Below are positions 1 through 26,922 of a DNA stretch of 64,000 bases, piece after piece. The notes below the pieces were generated by a model, which worked only from the letters and a program-made list of their open reading frames with translations, searched no databases and was not told where the DNA came from. A program made the translations under genes and the position numbers. The stretch is from the human T2T-CHM13v2.0 reference genome, Homo sapiens. The number at the start of each line of letters is the position of its first letter. Position 1 is the first letter of the stretch. The DNA is taken from NCBI RefSeq assembly GCF_009914755.1, contig NC_060947.1; one strand, 5' to 3'.

Positions 1-329
1 TGGGACTACAGGCACGCACCACCACACCCAGCTAATTTTTATATTTTTAGTAGAGACGGTGTTTCATCATGTTGGTCAGGCTGGTCTTGAACTCCTGACC
101 TCAGGTGATCTGCCTGCCTGCCTTGGCCTCCCAAAGTGCTGGGATTACAGGCGTGAGCCACTGTGCCCAGCCTTTCCTGTCTCTCTCTATCTCTCTTATT
201 ATTATTATTATTTTAGAGACAGGGTCTAGCTATGTTGCCAAGGCTCGTCTCAAACTCTTGGGCTCAAGGGATCCTCCCAAGTCGGCTTCCCAAAGTGCTG
301 GGATTATAGGCATGAGCTACTGGACCCAG

Positions 330-1743
<1,414 letters not shown>

Positions 1744-1777
1744 TAGGACCACAGGTGTGTGCCATCACACCCACTAA

Positions 1778-1903
<126 letters not shown>

Positions 1904-2277
1904 TGACCGAGAACGGTAGCTTTATAGTAAGTGTTGAAATTAGGTATATAAATCCTCTAGCTTTTTTCTTCCTTTTCAAAATTGCTTTGGCTGTTCGAGG
2001 CCCTTTTAATTTCCATATGAATTTTAGAAGCAGCTTGTCAATTTCTAATTATTAATTTTGTTTTATTGATTGTGATCAATGTTGTTTGTAACATATGTAT
2101 CTTAAGGAACCTACCGAAGTTGTTTTCTTTGTGCCCTAGTATTTGACCAAATTTTGTGAATATTTTATGTGCACGTGAGAAAAAGTATATTCTGTATGAT
2201 CAGGGATCCAAAAGATCAACCTTACTGATTATGTGGTTTAGGTCTTTTATATTATTACTTATATTTTGTCTATTTAA

Positions 2278-2714
<437 letters not shown>

Positions 2715-2832
2715 TAAAGATTTTGTATGGATTTAGAGGATACAAGTACAGCTTTGTTACATGCGTATATTGCAGAGTGGTGAAGTCTGGGCTTTTAGTG
2801 TCACCATCACCTGAATAGGGTACATTAAATCA

Positions 2833-3187
<355 letters not shown>

Positions 3188-3714
3188 CTATAATACCCCA
3201 GTATCTAGTTATTATTATTTTTTGAGACGGGGTCTCACTCTTGTCACCCAGGTTAGAGTGCAGTGGCAGGATCTCGGCTCACTGGAACCTCGACTGCCTG
3301 GGCTCAGGTGATTCTCCCACGTCAGCCTCATAAGTAGCTGAGACTACAAGTGTGCACCACCACACCTGGCTAATTTATTGTATTTTTAGTAGAGACTGGG
3401 TTTTGCTCTGTTGCTTAGGCTTGTCTCGAACTCCTGGGCTCAATTGATCTGCCTGCCTCAGCCTCCCAAAGTGCTGGGATACAGGCATGAGCTACCTCAC
3501 CTGACCAAGATATTGTTTACTCATTATACAAAAATCCAAAAGTTATATCAAGAACCAGGAACATTTCAATTTGAATGAGAAAAAAATCAATGGGTGCCAG
3601 CACTGAGATGATACAGAGTTTAGAATTACTTGACAAGGATTTTAAAGCAGCCATCATAAAAATACTTCAACAATTATGAACACACTCAAAACAAACTTTT
3701 TAAGAAAGTTTTCA

Positions 3715-4375
<661 letters not shown>

Positions 4376-4717
4376 GCCATAAAAAGTAACCAAATGGAAA
4401 TTTTAGAAATTAAAAATACAATAATCAAAATGGAAACTCAGAAATGGACTCGACAGCAGAATGCAGATGAAAAAGGAATCAATGAACTTAAGCATAGAAG
4501 AAAGCCTGCATTATCTATATATAAATGAGTGACTGAATATGATGTTGTGAACCATAATGCCAGTCTAGATATCTAGACTTGGGTTTCAGGTATGGCTTTC
4601 TCTAATTCCTAACCAAGTGCCCTGGATATTATTCTTATTCTCTATTGTCTTGACTTTGTTTATTTATTATTTATTTTTTTAAATTTTTTTTTGACTTTTA
4701 TTTTAGGTTTCGGGTAC

Positions 4718-5398
<681 letters not shown>

Positions 5399-6552
5399 GG
5401 AACATGTGCAAGTTTATTAGGCATTTGGTAAATTTTTGTCCAACCCTTTAATTTTAGCCTTTTGCATGACTGTGTTTTAATCATGTCTCTTGTATGCAGC
5501 ATAGTGCTGGGCTTTGCTTTATGAGGCAATATTAAACCCTTTTTATTTTATTTATTTTTTTGATTGTATATGTTTTTATTTTATTACTCACCTAAACATT
5601 GCTGACCCATCAATAGAACAGCCCAGCCAGACATACGTAATAGTAATCAAATACATTTGTCTTTTGTACTTTGCTTTTACATGGAAAACATAGCTTTTAC
5701 ATATTTTTAGGTTTTTTTCATTTTTATTTTTCAGTTTCTTTTTTATTTCAATAGGTTTTGGGGAATGGTTGGTGTTTGGTTACATGAAGAAGTTCTGTAG
5801 TGGTGACTTCAAAGATTTTGGTGCACCCATCACACAAGCAGTATACCCAATGTGTAGTCTTTTATCCCTACCCCCCTACCCTTTCTTCTCAGTCCCCAAA
5901 GTCCATTGTATCATTCTTATGCCTTTGTGTCCTCATAGCTTTGCTTTAATGTTTTATTAAAAATATTATTATTATTATTTTAAATAGATAGAGTTGGTAT
6001 CTTCCTATGTTGGCCAGGATGGTCTTGAACTCCTGGCCTCAAGCAATCCTCCCACATCAGCCTCCCAAAGTGCTAGGATTATAGGTGTGAGCCACCACAT
6101 TTGGCTCCCTTTTTCCTTTAATAAGCGAATTAAGCCCATTCGTATTTATTCGCGTTACTGTTAAGCTTGGTCTCAATTCTCTCATTTTATTTTATGTTAT
6201 AATCACTGTGGTATATATTTTATTTACTGTATTTCTTTCTCTCTCTCTCTCTCTCTTTTTCTTTTTTTGAGACAGAGTCTCACTCTGTCACCCAGACTGG
6301 AGTGCAGTGGCGAGATCTTGGCTCAATGCAACTTTGGCCTCCCCGGTTGAAGCGATTCTCCTGCCTCAGCCTCCTGAGTAGCTGGGATTACAGGCACGCA
6401 CCACTACACCTGGCTAATTTTAAAAATTTTTAGTAGAGACAGGGTTTCGCCATGTTGGCTAGGCTGGTCTTGAACTCCTGACCTCAGCTGATATGCCTGC
6501 CTGGGCCTCCCAAAGTGCTGGGATTACAGGCGTGAGCCACTATGCCCGGCCG

Positions 6553-7712
<1,160 letters not shown>

Positions 7713-7805
7713 TAAACTGGAAATGGCACTGTTACTTGAAAGTGTCTCCCCTCCTACCTTCCAACACCCCACACTTTCCTGGTTCTATTTCTACCATCTA
7801 ATAAT

Positions 7806-8830
<1,025 letters not shown>

Positions 8831-9214
8831 GGAATTTACTCTGCAACCTTCATAGCATATTGGTGTTCCCTCAAACTCTGTACTTGGTGCTTCTCTCAAA
8901 CTGTGCTCCTTCTTAGCTATCCAATTTATTCTGGTGGTTTCAGCTAGTACTGGAATGATCTTACCCCCCAAACCTTGGCCTCTGCTAGCCTTCTCTCTTG
9001 AGCTCCAGCTGGACATCTCTGTCAGTATGTTCCATAAACACTCCAAAGTCTATCTCAGTTTTTCTTCCATGAACTCATTGTCTCTCCTGTTTTGCTAATG
9101 TCTATACATGGCTCCAGCCTCATCCCAGCTGTTCATGCAGTTATCCTGGGAGCAATACTGTCTCCCTTTCTCCCACAGAACAGCACTTCTGTATCATTTA
9201 TAAGTATAAATATA

Positions 9215-9872
<658 letters not shown>

Positions 9873-10153
9873 TAGTGTTTGTTTTTTCATTGGTTTTCCA
9901 GAAATATGCTTACTGAGGCACATAGTGTTAACTCAGGAGTGCAGTGATCTTTTTTTCATGCATTAATAAATTAACACAGTAACAGAGCTGTTCCAGGTAC
10001 CCCCCACCCCAAAAGTATATCAAGCGAGACACAAAATCAGGTATCCAGTGTAGCTCTATTTAGTCAACTTTCAACAGGGCTCCATTGAGAAGATTAGTTC
10101 CTGCACATCTTTTTCATGCATCCCATTCTGATCATTGGAGATTGTTATTACAG

Positions 10154-10280
10154 GGGTCCGTGTCATTCGAGGATGTGGCTGTGGATTTCACCCGACAGGA
10201 GTGGCACAGACTGGACCCTGCTCAGAGGACCATGCACAAGGATGTGATGCTGGAGACCTACAGCAACCTGGCATCTGTGG
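10154..10280 (+). CDS. ZNF157: ZNF157 KRAB-A coding exon
   Basis: 127-bp exon bounded by ttattacag| and |gtgagg. Translates [42 protein letters not shown](G), a canonical KRAB-A box with the usual phase 0/1. Confidence 0.95.
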
Positions 10281-10557
10281 GTGAGGATGATTGTCCGTGT
10301 AACTCCTGAGAGCGTGTGTTTCCTTTCTTGGTTGCTGTAACATGTGCAGCCTTGCGAGGGTTTAATGATATTAAGAGTCACAGATGAGTAATCAGTTTAG
10401 GGCACCAGAAAAAATGTGTGCGTTCTTACTTCCCCAATGAAAGGTTTAAATGGGCCCCCTTCCTTGTGCAGCTCATGAAGATGCACCTTCCTCCTCCATC
10501 AGAGGCCCTAGAGCTCAGACAACTTGGCCCACGTCCTGTGCCATTTCCCATTAACAG

Positions 10558-10653
10558 GCCTCTGCGTGGCCAAACCAGAGATGATCTTCAAGTTGGAGCG
10601 AGGAGAAGAGCTGTGGATATTAGAGGAGGAATCCTCAGGCCATGGTTACTCAG
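10558..10653 (+). CDS. ZNF157: ZNF157 KRAB-B coding exon
   Basis: 96-bp exon bounded by ttaacag| and |gtaagt. Translates (G)LCVAKPEMIFKLERGEELWILEEESSGHGYS, and the frame joins both neighbouring exons. Confidence 0.95.
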
Positions 10654-10872
10654 GTAAGTACTGGGCAAGAACTGGACATATGGAAAATAGGGGAAATAAG
10701 AGCCCAGGAATTCAGGTCAAAGGGTATGCTTGTGCAACACTTTCTAGGAATCTCTTTTTAGAGTTCCTAGCTCTTTGAAAATAAGGACGGAAGGTCTACA
10801 TGCTTCAGATACCAAAGTCACACATCTTAATATCACACTCAAACTTCAGTGCTTTCTCCGGTTTTATCTTGA

Positions 10873-12285
<1,413 letters not shown>

Positions 12286-13770
12286 ATAATGCCCTCAGGC
12301 ATGATAATGACCTTCTTCACCATCAGAAGATTCAAACATTGGATCAAAATGTTGAATATAATGGATGCAGGAAAGCCTTCCATGAGAAAACAGGCTTTGT
12401 TAGACGTAAAAGAACACCCAGAGGAGATAAAAACTTTGAATGTCATGAATGTGGGAAAGCTTACTGTAGGAAGTCAAACCTTGTTGAACATCTGAGAATA
12501 CACACAGGAGAGAGACCCTATGAATGCGGTGAATGTGCAAAAACCTTCAGTGCAAGATCATACCTCATTGCTCATCAGAAAACTCACACAGGGGAGAGGC
12601 CCTTTGAATGTAATGAATGTGGGAAATCTTTTGGCAGGAAGTCACAACTCATCCTACATACAAGAACACACACTGGAGAGAGACCCTATGAATGTACTGA
12701 ATGTGGGAAAACCTTTTCTGAGAAGGCAACCCTCACGATTCATCAGAGAACTCACACAGGGGAGAAACCCTATGAATGTAGTGAATGTGGGAAAACATTT
12801 CGTGTAAAGATATCCCTTACCCAACACCACAGAACTCATACAGGGGAGAAACCTTATGAATGTGGGGAGTGTGGGAAAAACTTCCGTGCAAAGAAATCCC
12901 TAAATCAGCATCAAAGAATTCACACAGGTGAGAAACCCTATGAGTGTGGTGAATGTGGGAAATTCTTCCGAATGAAGATGACTCTCAATAATCATCAAAG
13001 AACTCACACAGGTGAAAAGCCCTATCAGTGTAATGAATGTGGGAAATCTTTCAGGGTGCACTCATCTCTTGGGATCCATCAGAGAATTCACACAGGAGAG
13101 AAACCTTACGAATGTAATGAGTGTGGTAATGCTTTCTATGTGAAAGCACGCCTAATTGAACATCAGAGGATGCATTCAGGAGAGAAACCCTACGAATGTA
13201 GTGAATGTGGGAAAATCTTCAGTATGAAGAAATCCCTTTGTCAACACCGGAGAACTCACACAGGAGAGAAACCTTATGAATGTAGTGAATGTGGAAATGC
13301 CTTCTATGTGAAAGTACGCCTCATTGAACATCAGCGAATTCACACAGGAGAGAGACCCTTTGAGTGTCAAGAATGTGGGAAAGCTTTCTGCCGGAAAGCA
13401 CACCTCACAGAACATCAGAGAACTCACATAGGCTGGTCCTGGCGTTGTACAATGAAGAAAGCCTCTCACTGAAGACTTCCCTCACCATTGGATCAAGCTC
13501 CTTGGGGGCATATGATCACCAGGGCACACAGTGTGCCTGTGAAAATTTGGCACCTACATTTGTATCAAAGTATGTCCTGATCCCCTTAGGGGATAGCTCA
13601 TTGTTTTTATTCAGATTTCCCTAATTAGTGGTGTGTGAACATCTTATCTGTTGATTGGCTATTTGGGTTTTTTCTTCTGTGCATTGACTGTTCATGTCCT
13701 CTGCTCATTGTTTTCAAATGGGCTGTTCATCTCTTGCTTTTTGGTTTAAATGTTGTTTTTTAACATATGA

Positions 13771-14189
<419 letters not shown>

Positions 14190-14559
14190 AAAGTTTTATA
14201 TTTTAATATTATCAGTTTCAAGGTGATAATATTCACCTATACTTTCCTCTAAAGGTTTTCCTTTCAACATTTAGAATTTTAATCTCCTGTGAGATTTTTT
14301 TGTTATAGCATGAAGTGTGCAATACATACTACTATATTGTCTTTATATAATTTTACATAAATGGGCTCACACTGTATTTAAAGTTCTGCAGCTTGCTTTT
14401 TTCATGTAATGTTACCTTTCCAAGATCTGTCCTTGTTGATAAGTATAGGTCTGGCTAGTCATTTATCTCTCCATTCCCCTAGTAAAAGACATTTGTATCT
14501 TTTTCGAGTTTAGTGTCTAAATCTAGAAGTGGAACTGATGGGTCATAGGATTTAGGCAA

Positions 14560-15446
14560 TGTGCTGGTTATTAAGCTATTGTGTCCGAGCTCCAAACCCA
14601 CCCTTCTTGACTGTGCTTTGTGACTTTACAAACCACATTTTGGCTTTGTCAACTGCTCCCTGTTGGGCCTTGCCAATAAGAGATACTAGATATAAACTTT
14701 GGGGCTGGAGAGGGAAGAAGGGACTTGCTCCTTTTTTTTCTATTCCTATTAGCTTCCTGGTCATTGGAGTGTCCGCTCAGCATTGCTTCTTCACTCAGAC
14801 ACCAGCAGTTCCTTGTCACAGCAGCAGTTTAATCTAGTTTGCAGCTTTCCAGCACTCACAGATGGTAGCCCATCCCCTCTGAGACACAAGCATCAGCTGG
14901 CTGGTGTCACCTCCTTAGAGATGTGAATTCTAGTCACATGGGACCCCTCCTCCCCCTTCTAAGTTTTAGTAATTTCAATTTATGGTTGGGTGCAGTGGAT
15001 CATGCCTGTAATCCCAACACTTTGGGAGGCCAAGGTGGGTGGATTGCTGGAGCCCAGGAGTCAAGACCAGCCTGGGAAATATGGTGAAACTCTACCTCTA
15101 CAAAAAAAATTCAAAAATCAGCTAGGCATGGGACCACACCTGTGGTCCCAGGTACTTGGGAGTCTGAGACTGGAGGTTGAAGCTGCAGTAAGCCATGATT
15201 GTGCCACTGCACTCCAGCCTGGGCAACAGAGCAAGACCCTGTCTCCCAAAAAATTGTCAACTTCTTCCCTTTGTTATTCCAGCCCAGCTGTTTTCTGCAG
15301 TTGCTACCTCCCTGATAACTTGAATGTTCTCTGTCTCTTCAGTTATTTGGTTTACAACCTCATAACTAGTTAAAATTATTTATAAGTTCTCTCTGTTAAA
15401 ATAACTAGTGTGGTTTTTGTCTCCTAGTTGGGCTCTGATTGATACA
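14560..15446 (+). mobile_element. LTR33-type ERVL LTR interrupted by an Alu (~14985-15252)
   Basis: Starts tgtgctggttattaagctattgt..gctccaaacccaccctt and ends tgtggtttttgtctcct..ctgattgataca. Family assigned from memory; element strand uncertain. Confidence 0.65.
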
Positions 15447-15623
15447 GAAGGTTTTTTAACTTTATTAAGTATTGACATTTCCCTTCCAAATTGTATTAAT
15501 TTATACTCCCATGAGCAGTTTGAGAAAGTTTTCATTTTGCCATTCAGCAGCACTTATTATCAGTCCTTTAAATTATTGCCAATCTGTAAGGTCTGAAATG
15601 GCTTTGAGCCTTGGCTTCCATGA

Positions 15624-16296
<673 letters not shown>

Positions 16297-16702
16297 TAAC
16301 TCATCTTTCCTATCCTTCAATAGTATTTTGTGGTTTTCTCCAAGAAATTGTCTATGAAAGTTAATTTTTTAATAGCAGTTTTGCATTTATACAGGTATAC
16401 ATATATATATTTCAAAATATAATGATGTTGTGGGGTTTATATATATACTTACATATAATATTTGTGTCTCTCTCTCATACACAGACACATCTCCCCACAC
16501 AACATTTTTGTTTGATGTGGGCAGTTTTAATTTCATTTTACCCAAATATTTACCACCTTGGTTGCACTTCATTACTTTCTGCGTTTCATCCAGGATCATT
16601 TTCTTCTTTGCCTGAAAAATACTCCATAGAGTATCCTTTAGTAAGAGTCTGTTGCTGGTGAGCCTCTCAGTTTTGTCTAAAAATGTTTTTCATTGTACCT
16701 TT

Positions 16703-17044
16703 TGTCACTGGCTGGGGCCGGCATCACGGGTGGTAAAAGAATTTACCAAGACAGTCATGAATTAAAGAAACCAAGTCTATTAGAGGGAAAGTAGGTTGCA
16801 AGGAGGCAATGGGCAGCACAGCAGAGAAAGGGGCTGTCTGCAAAGAGGCAAGAGCTGGAGGGAAGTTGTATAGGGTTGTGCTGGAGGGACTATGTGAGGA
16901 ATGAGTTTGTGCTGCTGGGGCTTTGCACAGAACAAGGTATTTGGGAACAGGTTGTTGTGCCAGCAGGTTGTTTGTGATTAGTCGTCTCTCAGAACAATGG
17001 TTCTTCCCCACCTTCTTGCTTATTTATCTCATCGGGACTCCACA
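16703..17044 (-). mobile_element. Solo LTR18-type (ERVL) LTR
   Basis: ~340 bp with TG..CA ends. Minus strand begins tgtggagtcc and contains ttgttctgagagacgactaatcacaaacaacctgctggcacaac and ttcttttaccacccgtgatgccggccccagccag; flanks ccttt/ctttt. Confidence 0.75.
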
Positions 17045-17129
17045 CTTTTTTACAAGTAAAAGTGAATCCTTTACCTTAAATATTTGGTAGCACTATGTCA
17101 CAGTAAACTGATAAAAAATTAAGTACTTG

Positions 17130-17981
<852 letters not shown>

Positions 17982-18589
17982 TAAATAAGATAATTTATAG
18001 TGACACAAAACAGAATAGTTGTTGCCTCTGGGGTGAAAATTGACTTGAAAGGGGTAGGAGGGAACTTACTGGGGCGATGGAAATACTCCATATCTTCACT
18101 GGAGTGTGAATGCAATAGTCATCAAGTGGGTAAACTTAAGGTTTATTTGTTTTATTGTATATAAATTATATCTCAATTGAAATGTGAAAACAAAGCAATA
18201 AAACATCCCCTGTTCCCATTTCAGGAGTCATGTCTGGGCTGCCTGGGAGGACAACAGGAATACTGATCGCTAGAGCAAATAAAAGACTCTTGGCAGTGGG
18301 CAACTTGGTCCTCCTAAGGCTTTAGAAATTGTCTTGCTCCATGAAAATGACATGTTCTGAGGCCCCAGTCTGGGGTATACTGACTTTCATTAGCTAACGT
18401 CACCATCCGTGGTGCTCCCTCACTTGCCAACACTGCACTGTAGATTTGACTCCCAAGAGCCTAAGGATAGTCTCTGCCAATCCTCCAGTAGCCACCATCA
18501 TAGTAGTTTTTACCCCCATCAGTCAGCAGTCCAGTGTCTACTAACCCCTCCATTAATTCACAGCAGTTCTTACCACCCCTTTAAGCCAG

Positions 18590-20699
<2,110 letters not shown>

Positions 20700-20700
<1 letters not shown>

Positions 20701-21300
20701 CTGGTTTGTTGACTGTTCTTTCAATCTCAGCAATGTTTCCTTCAATCTCAGCAATGTTTCCTTCAACTCTGGCAGTTCCCCAGGCTTTCAGGCTGTTTTC
20801 TTATTTTTCTGACTGTTTATTTAGCATCAGGGATTGTCCCTTGGTCTTTTTGGCTGTGGAGTCTTATCCCCTTTTCCTCTGTCTTCCAAATGCGAGGACT
20901 GTTTGTGGTCTCCAGATGTTCAACAATCCTGCTGTTCCTCAAGGCCAGACACTTTTCCTTTAAGCCTCCGGCTGTTTGTTTATTTCTCTGGCTGTTTCCA
21001 AGGTAGTTCTCACTGTTGCATGACATGTGGTGACAATTTCCTCTTCTGTTTGACTATTGTAGAGTCTTTGCCTGTCCCAACTACAAGGACTGTACTCGGG
21101 CTGTTCATGTCACTGCAAGACTCTTTCTCAGTCCCCGTGGCTGTTTTCTAGTGTCCTGGCATGTTCACTCAGCCCTTGGCTATTGTCTGGAACCAGACTG
21201 TTCGAGCTGCTTCTAGTGACTCCCCAGTGCCTAGAATAGGCTACCTTACCCTCCCTCTTGCTACCTCAATCCTGGGTATGTTCATACTTCCTCTTGCCTC
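20700..21300. repeat. Degenerate pyrimidine-rich repeat with a (g/a)ctgtt core, including a perfect 21-bp tandem duplication at 20720-20761
   Basis: ggctgtt/gactgtt recurs roughly every 20-40 bp; ttcaatctcagcaatgtttcc occurs twice. Confidence 0.6.
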
Positions 21301-21989
21301 TTTTCTGGTCTCCTACTGTTTCTCCATCCCAAGGACTGTTGCATACCCTGGATGCAGCTGGGGGGCATTAAACAGCAAGTGGGAATGGCAGGCTGCAGGG
21401 GGAGCACCTTCCTTCCAGGTAGACCTCTTTAGCTGTGGATGCCCTGGGGAAACAGTCCCTGCAGAGACGCTGCCTGCTTCAGAGCCCTGGTGTGGCCTCC
21501 TGGCAGGATATCTATAGCCCAAGAGTCACTAGATTTGCTTCCATCACCCTGCTAGAAAATTCATTAAAGTGAACACCTCCCAGCATTAGGGGTGTCTGTG
21601 TGTGAATCTCTGTTTGGGAGAGACTGTGACGGCCGAGAGGAAGCACATGGAGATCACAGTGGTGTGTGGTGTGCAGCATGGGGACCAGTCCTGCTCTTGC
21701 CCGAGCCTCATTCCTTCTCCCTAATACATGGCATCACAGTTCCAGCCCAGAATCCTTCAGAAGTCCATGCTGATGTTGGAGGATGAATATAGGGTGTCTG
21801 CCCCATGGGTGTTTTTTAGTTCACAACATGAAACCCTTATAATAACTTAATGTGCAATATTACTAACAGCCTTTAGTTTCTAGACAGGCAGTGTAGTGTA
21901 ATGGCTAAGAACATGAATGCTGGAGCCAGATATTCATTCAAATCCTGTGCCTTAATGGTTTCTTAGGTATGGGACAAAAAGCACACATA

Positions 21990-23210
21990 AAGAACACTTA
22001 AACTTTGCTTAAAAAAAAAAAAACCATAAATAACCCAACTAAAAAATGGGCAAAGGCTGGGTGGAGTGGCTCATGCCTGTAATCCCAGCACTCTGGGAGG
22101 CCAAGGTGGGTGGAACTTGAGGTCAGGAGTTCGAGACCAGACTGGCCAACATGGTGAAACCCCGTCTCTATTAAAAATACAAAAATTAGACAGGCGTGGT
22201 GGCATGGACCTGTAATCCCAGCTACTCAGGAAACTGAGGCAGGAGAATCAATTGGACCCAGGAGACAGAGATTGCAGTGAGCTATTGTGCCACTGCACTC
22301 CAGCCTGGCTGACAGAGTGAGACTCCATCTCAAATAAATAAATAACTATAAATAAAAATGGACAAAGGACTCAAATAGACATTTCTCCATGGATGATATA
22401 CAAATGCCCAATAAGCCCACAAAAAACTGCTCAACGTAATTAGCCATCAGGTAAATGGAAATCAAAACCACAATAACACTACACACCCATAGGGTGGCTA
22501 GAATCCAAAAGACAGATAACAACAAGTGTTGGAGAGGATGTGGACAAATTGGAACCTTCTACATTGCTGGTAGGATGTAAAATAGTGCGGCTGTTTTGTA
22601 AAACAGCTTGACAATTTCTGAAAATGTTAAAAATAAATGTACCATGTGATCCAGCAATTCCATCCTTAGGTATCTATGTGGGAGAAATGCCAACATATGT
22701 CCACACAAAAACCTGAATACAGATGTTCACAGCAGTGCTATTCCTACTTGCCAAAAAGTGGAAACAACCCAAATGTCCATCAACTGATGAAATGATACAC
22801 AAAATGTGGTATGTTCATAAAATGAAATATTAATCAGTAATAAAAAGAAATGAGGTGCTGATACATTCTGCCAATGTGGATGAATTTTGAAAACATGTTA
22901 AATGAAGAAGCCTGTTGGGAAAGACCACATATTGTATAATTCCATTTATATGAAATGTCCAGAGTAGGCAAAACTGGGGAAACAAAAAGTAGATTAGTGG
23001 TTGTCTAGGACTCGGGTGGGGGTAGGTGGTAGAAATGGAGTGACTGCTCACAGGTACTGGGTTTCTCTTGGGGGTGATGAAAATATTCTAAAATTCTATT
23101 GTGATGGTTGCACAACTCTGAATGTACTAAAGCTAATTTAATTGTGATGTTAAATGGATGAATTGTACTGTACGTGTGTGAATTACATCTCAATAAAGTT
23201 TAAAAAATAG
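21990..23210 (+). mobile_element. L1MB-type 3' end with an Alu insertion (~22055-22345)
   Basis: aatagacatttctcc, tggaaacaacccaaatgtccatcaactgatga, gaattacatctcaataaag terminus. Confidence 0.85.
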
Positions 23211-23289
23211 GAAATTATAAAAATAAAGATTTGAACTAGGTCAGTATTTTTTAAAGTTGAGTCTTTGTAATATTATCTTTAAGAAAAAA

Positions 23290-23971
<682 letters not shown>

Positions 23972-24019
23972 TTAATTAGTGCCTGCATAAAACTTTAGGG
24001 AAAAACATTTCTGTTTCTG

Positions 24020-24195
24020 CCTTGTCTTAGCTATGTGTCCCTGGGGAAATCATATTTACCGCTCTATGCCTCAGTTTCTGCATCTGTAAAATGGGGATAA
24101 AAATAATGCCTAAATCTGAGGGACAATGAAGTCATAAATGTACAGTGCTTAGAATAATGCTAGGCACATATCCAGCTCTCTGTATTAGTTATATT
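24020..24195 (+). mobile_element. MIR (5' part probably at ~21885-21950, split by L1/Alu)
   Basis: MIR core ctctatgcctcagtttctgcatctgtaaaatggggataa, agtgcttagaataatgctaggcacata. Confidence 0.8.
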
Positions 24196-24369
24196 AGTAG
24201 TAGTAATGGCAAATATAATTTAATTTATGACTTAGTAGTGATACATTTTAGTAATGGCAACTTATGATATTTGTAGCAATAATTTTATTCACACTGACAA
24301 GTTTAACTCAATGATTTTGAGAATCTCTCCCAAAGATGTCACAAATATAATATGTTCATTTGTAATGTT

Positions 24370-24955
<586 letters not shown>

Positions 24956-25429
24956 TAATGTTTTCATTCTTATTATGATGCTTGTACGCTAATTTTTAGT
25001 ATGAACATCTCCCCACTGACAAGTAGCGACATTTCAAAGACTTCTGAGCACAGTTTCTCCCGATGATAATGTGCCTGTTTTCACATTCTAAAGTGTTGGG
25101 GGTTAGGACTTCAATGCATCTTTTGGGGAGACACAATTCAACCCATAACAGTTCCTCAGTATGCAGTCCTCACTTGATAAATCTCCAGGTTTAAAAATCT
25201 CTACTGGGCTGGGCACAGTCTAATGCCACCACTTTGGGAGGCCAAGGTGGGAAGATTGCTTGAGGCGAGGAGTTGGAAACCAGCCTGGGCAATAGGGAGA
25301 TACCCATCTCTACAAAAAGTAGATAAATAAAGATCTGTACTATTGCCAACTATTGCCAAGACGATAACTTGCAAATCCCTAAGCCCTTGGTAAACAATTC
25401 TCTTAAAGAGCCCCCTCTCCTCAGTGTGA

Positions 25430-26522
<1,093 letters not shown>

Positions 26523-26539
26523 GGCCGCTTCTGAGCCTT

Positions 26540-26815
26540 TCCTTTTCATGAATATCCCACCGACATATCCCCATTGATGACCCCCTGACTGGCAAATCTC
26601 CCCTTTCAGAGATATCTACCCATTGGCAAATCTTTCATTCATGAACCTGTTGCGGAAAAAAAAAATCACCCCATTCAAAAACATCTATCAAAATGTCCCA
26701 TTCATGACCCCTCCTAACAAATCTCCCCATTTAGAAATAAACACATTGACATATCGCCCATAGATGACTTCCACTGAAAACTCTTGTTAATAAACGCCCA
26801 CTGGCATATTTCTTA
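26540..26815. repeat. Degenerate ~30-bp tandem repeat
   Basis: Repeated cactg(a/g)ca(a/t)atc(t)ccccatt(c)atga-like units. Confidence 0.6.
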
Positions 26816-26819
26816 TTTG

Positions 26820-26922
26820 TAATTTCTTTGTTTCTTTCTTTCTTTCTTTCGTTCTTTCTCCCTTCCCTCTTCCCTCTTCCCCCTTTCCCCTTCCCCCGTC
26901 CCCCTTCCCCCTTCCCTTCCTT
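26820..26922. repeat. CT-rich simple repeat (Alu-tail derived)
   Basis: (tttc)n and (ttcccc)n adjoining an Alu fragment. Confidence 0.85.
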
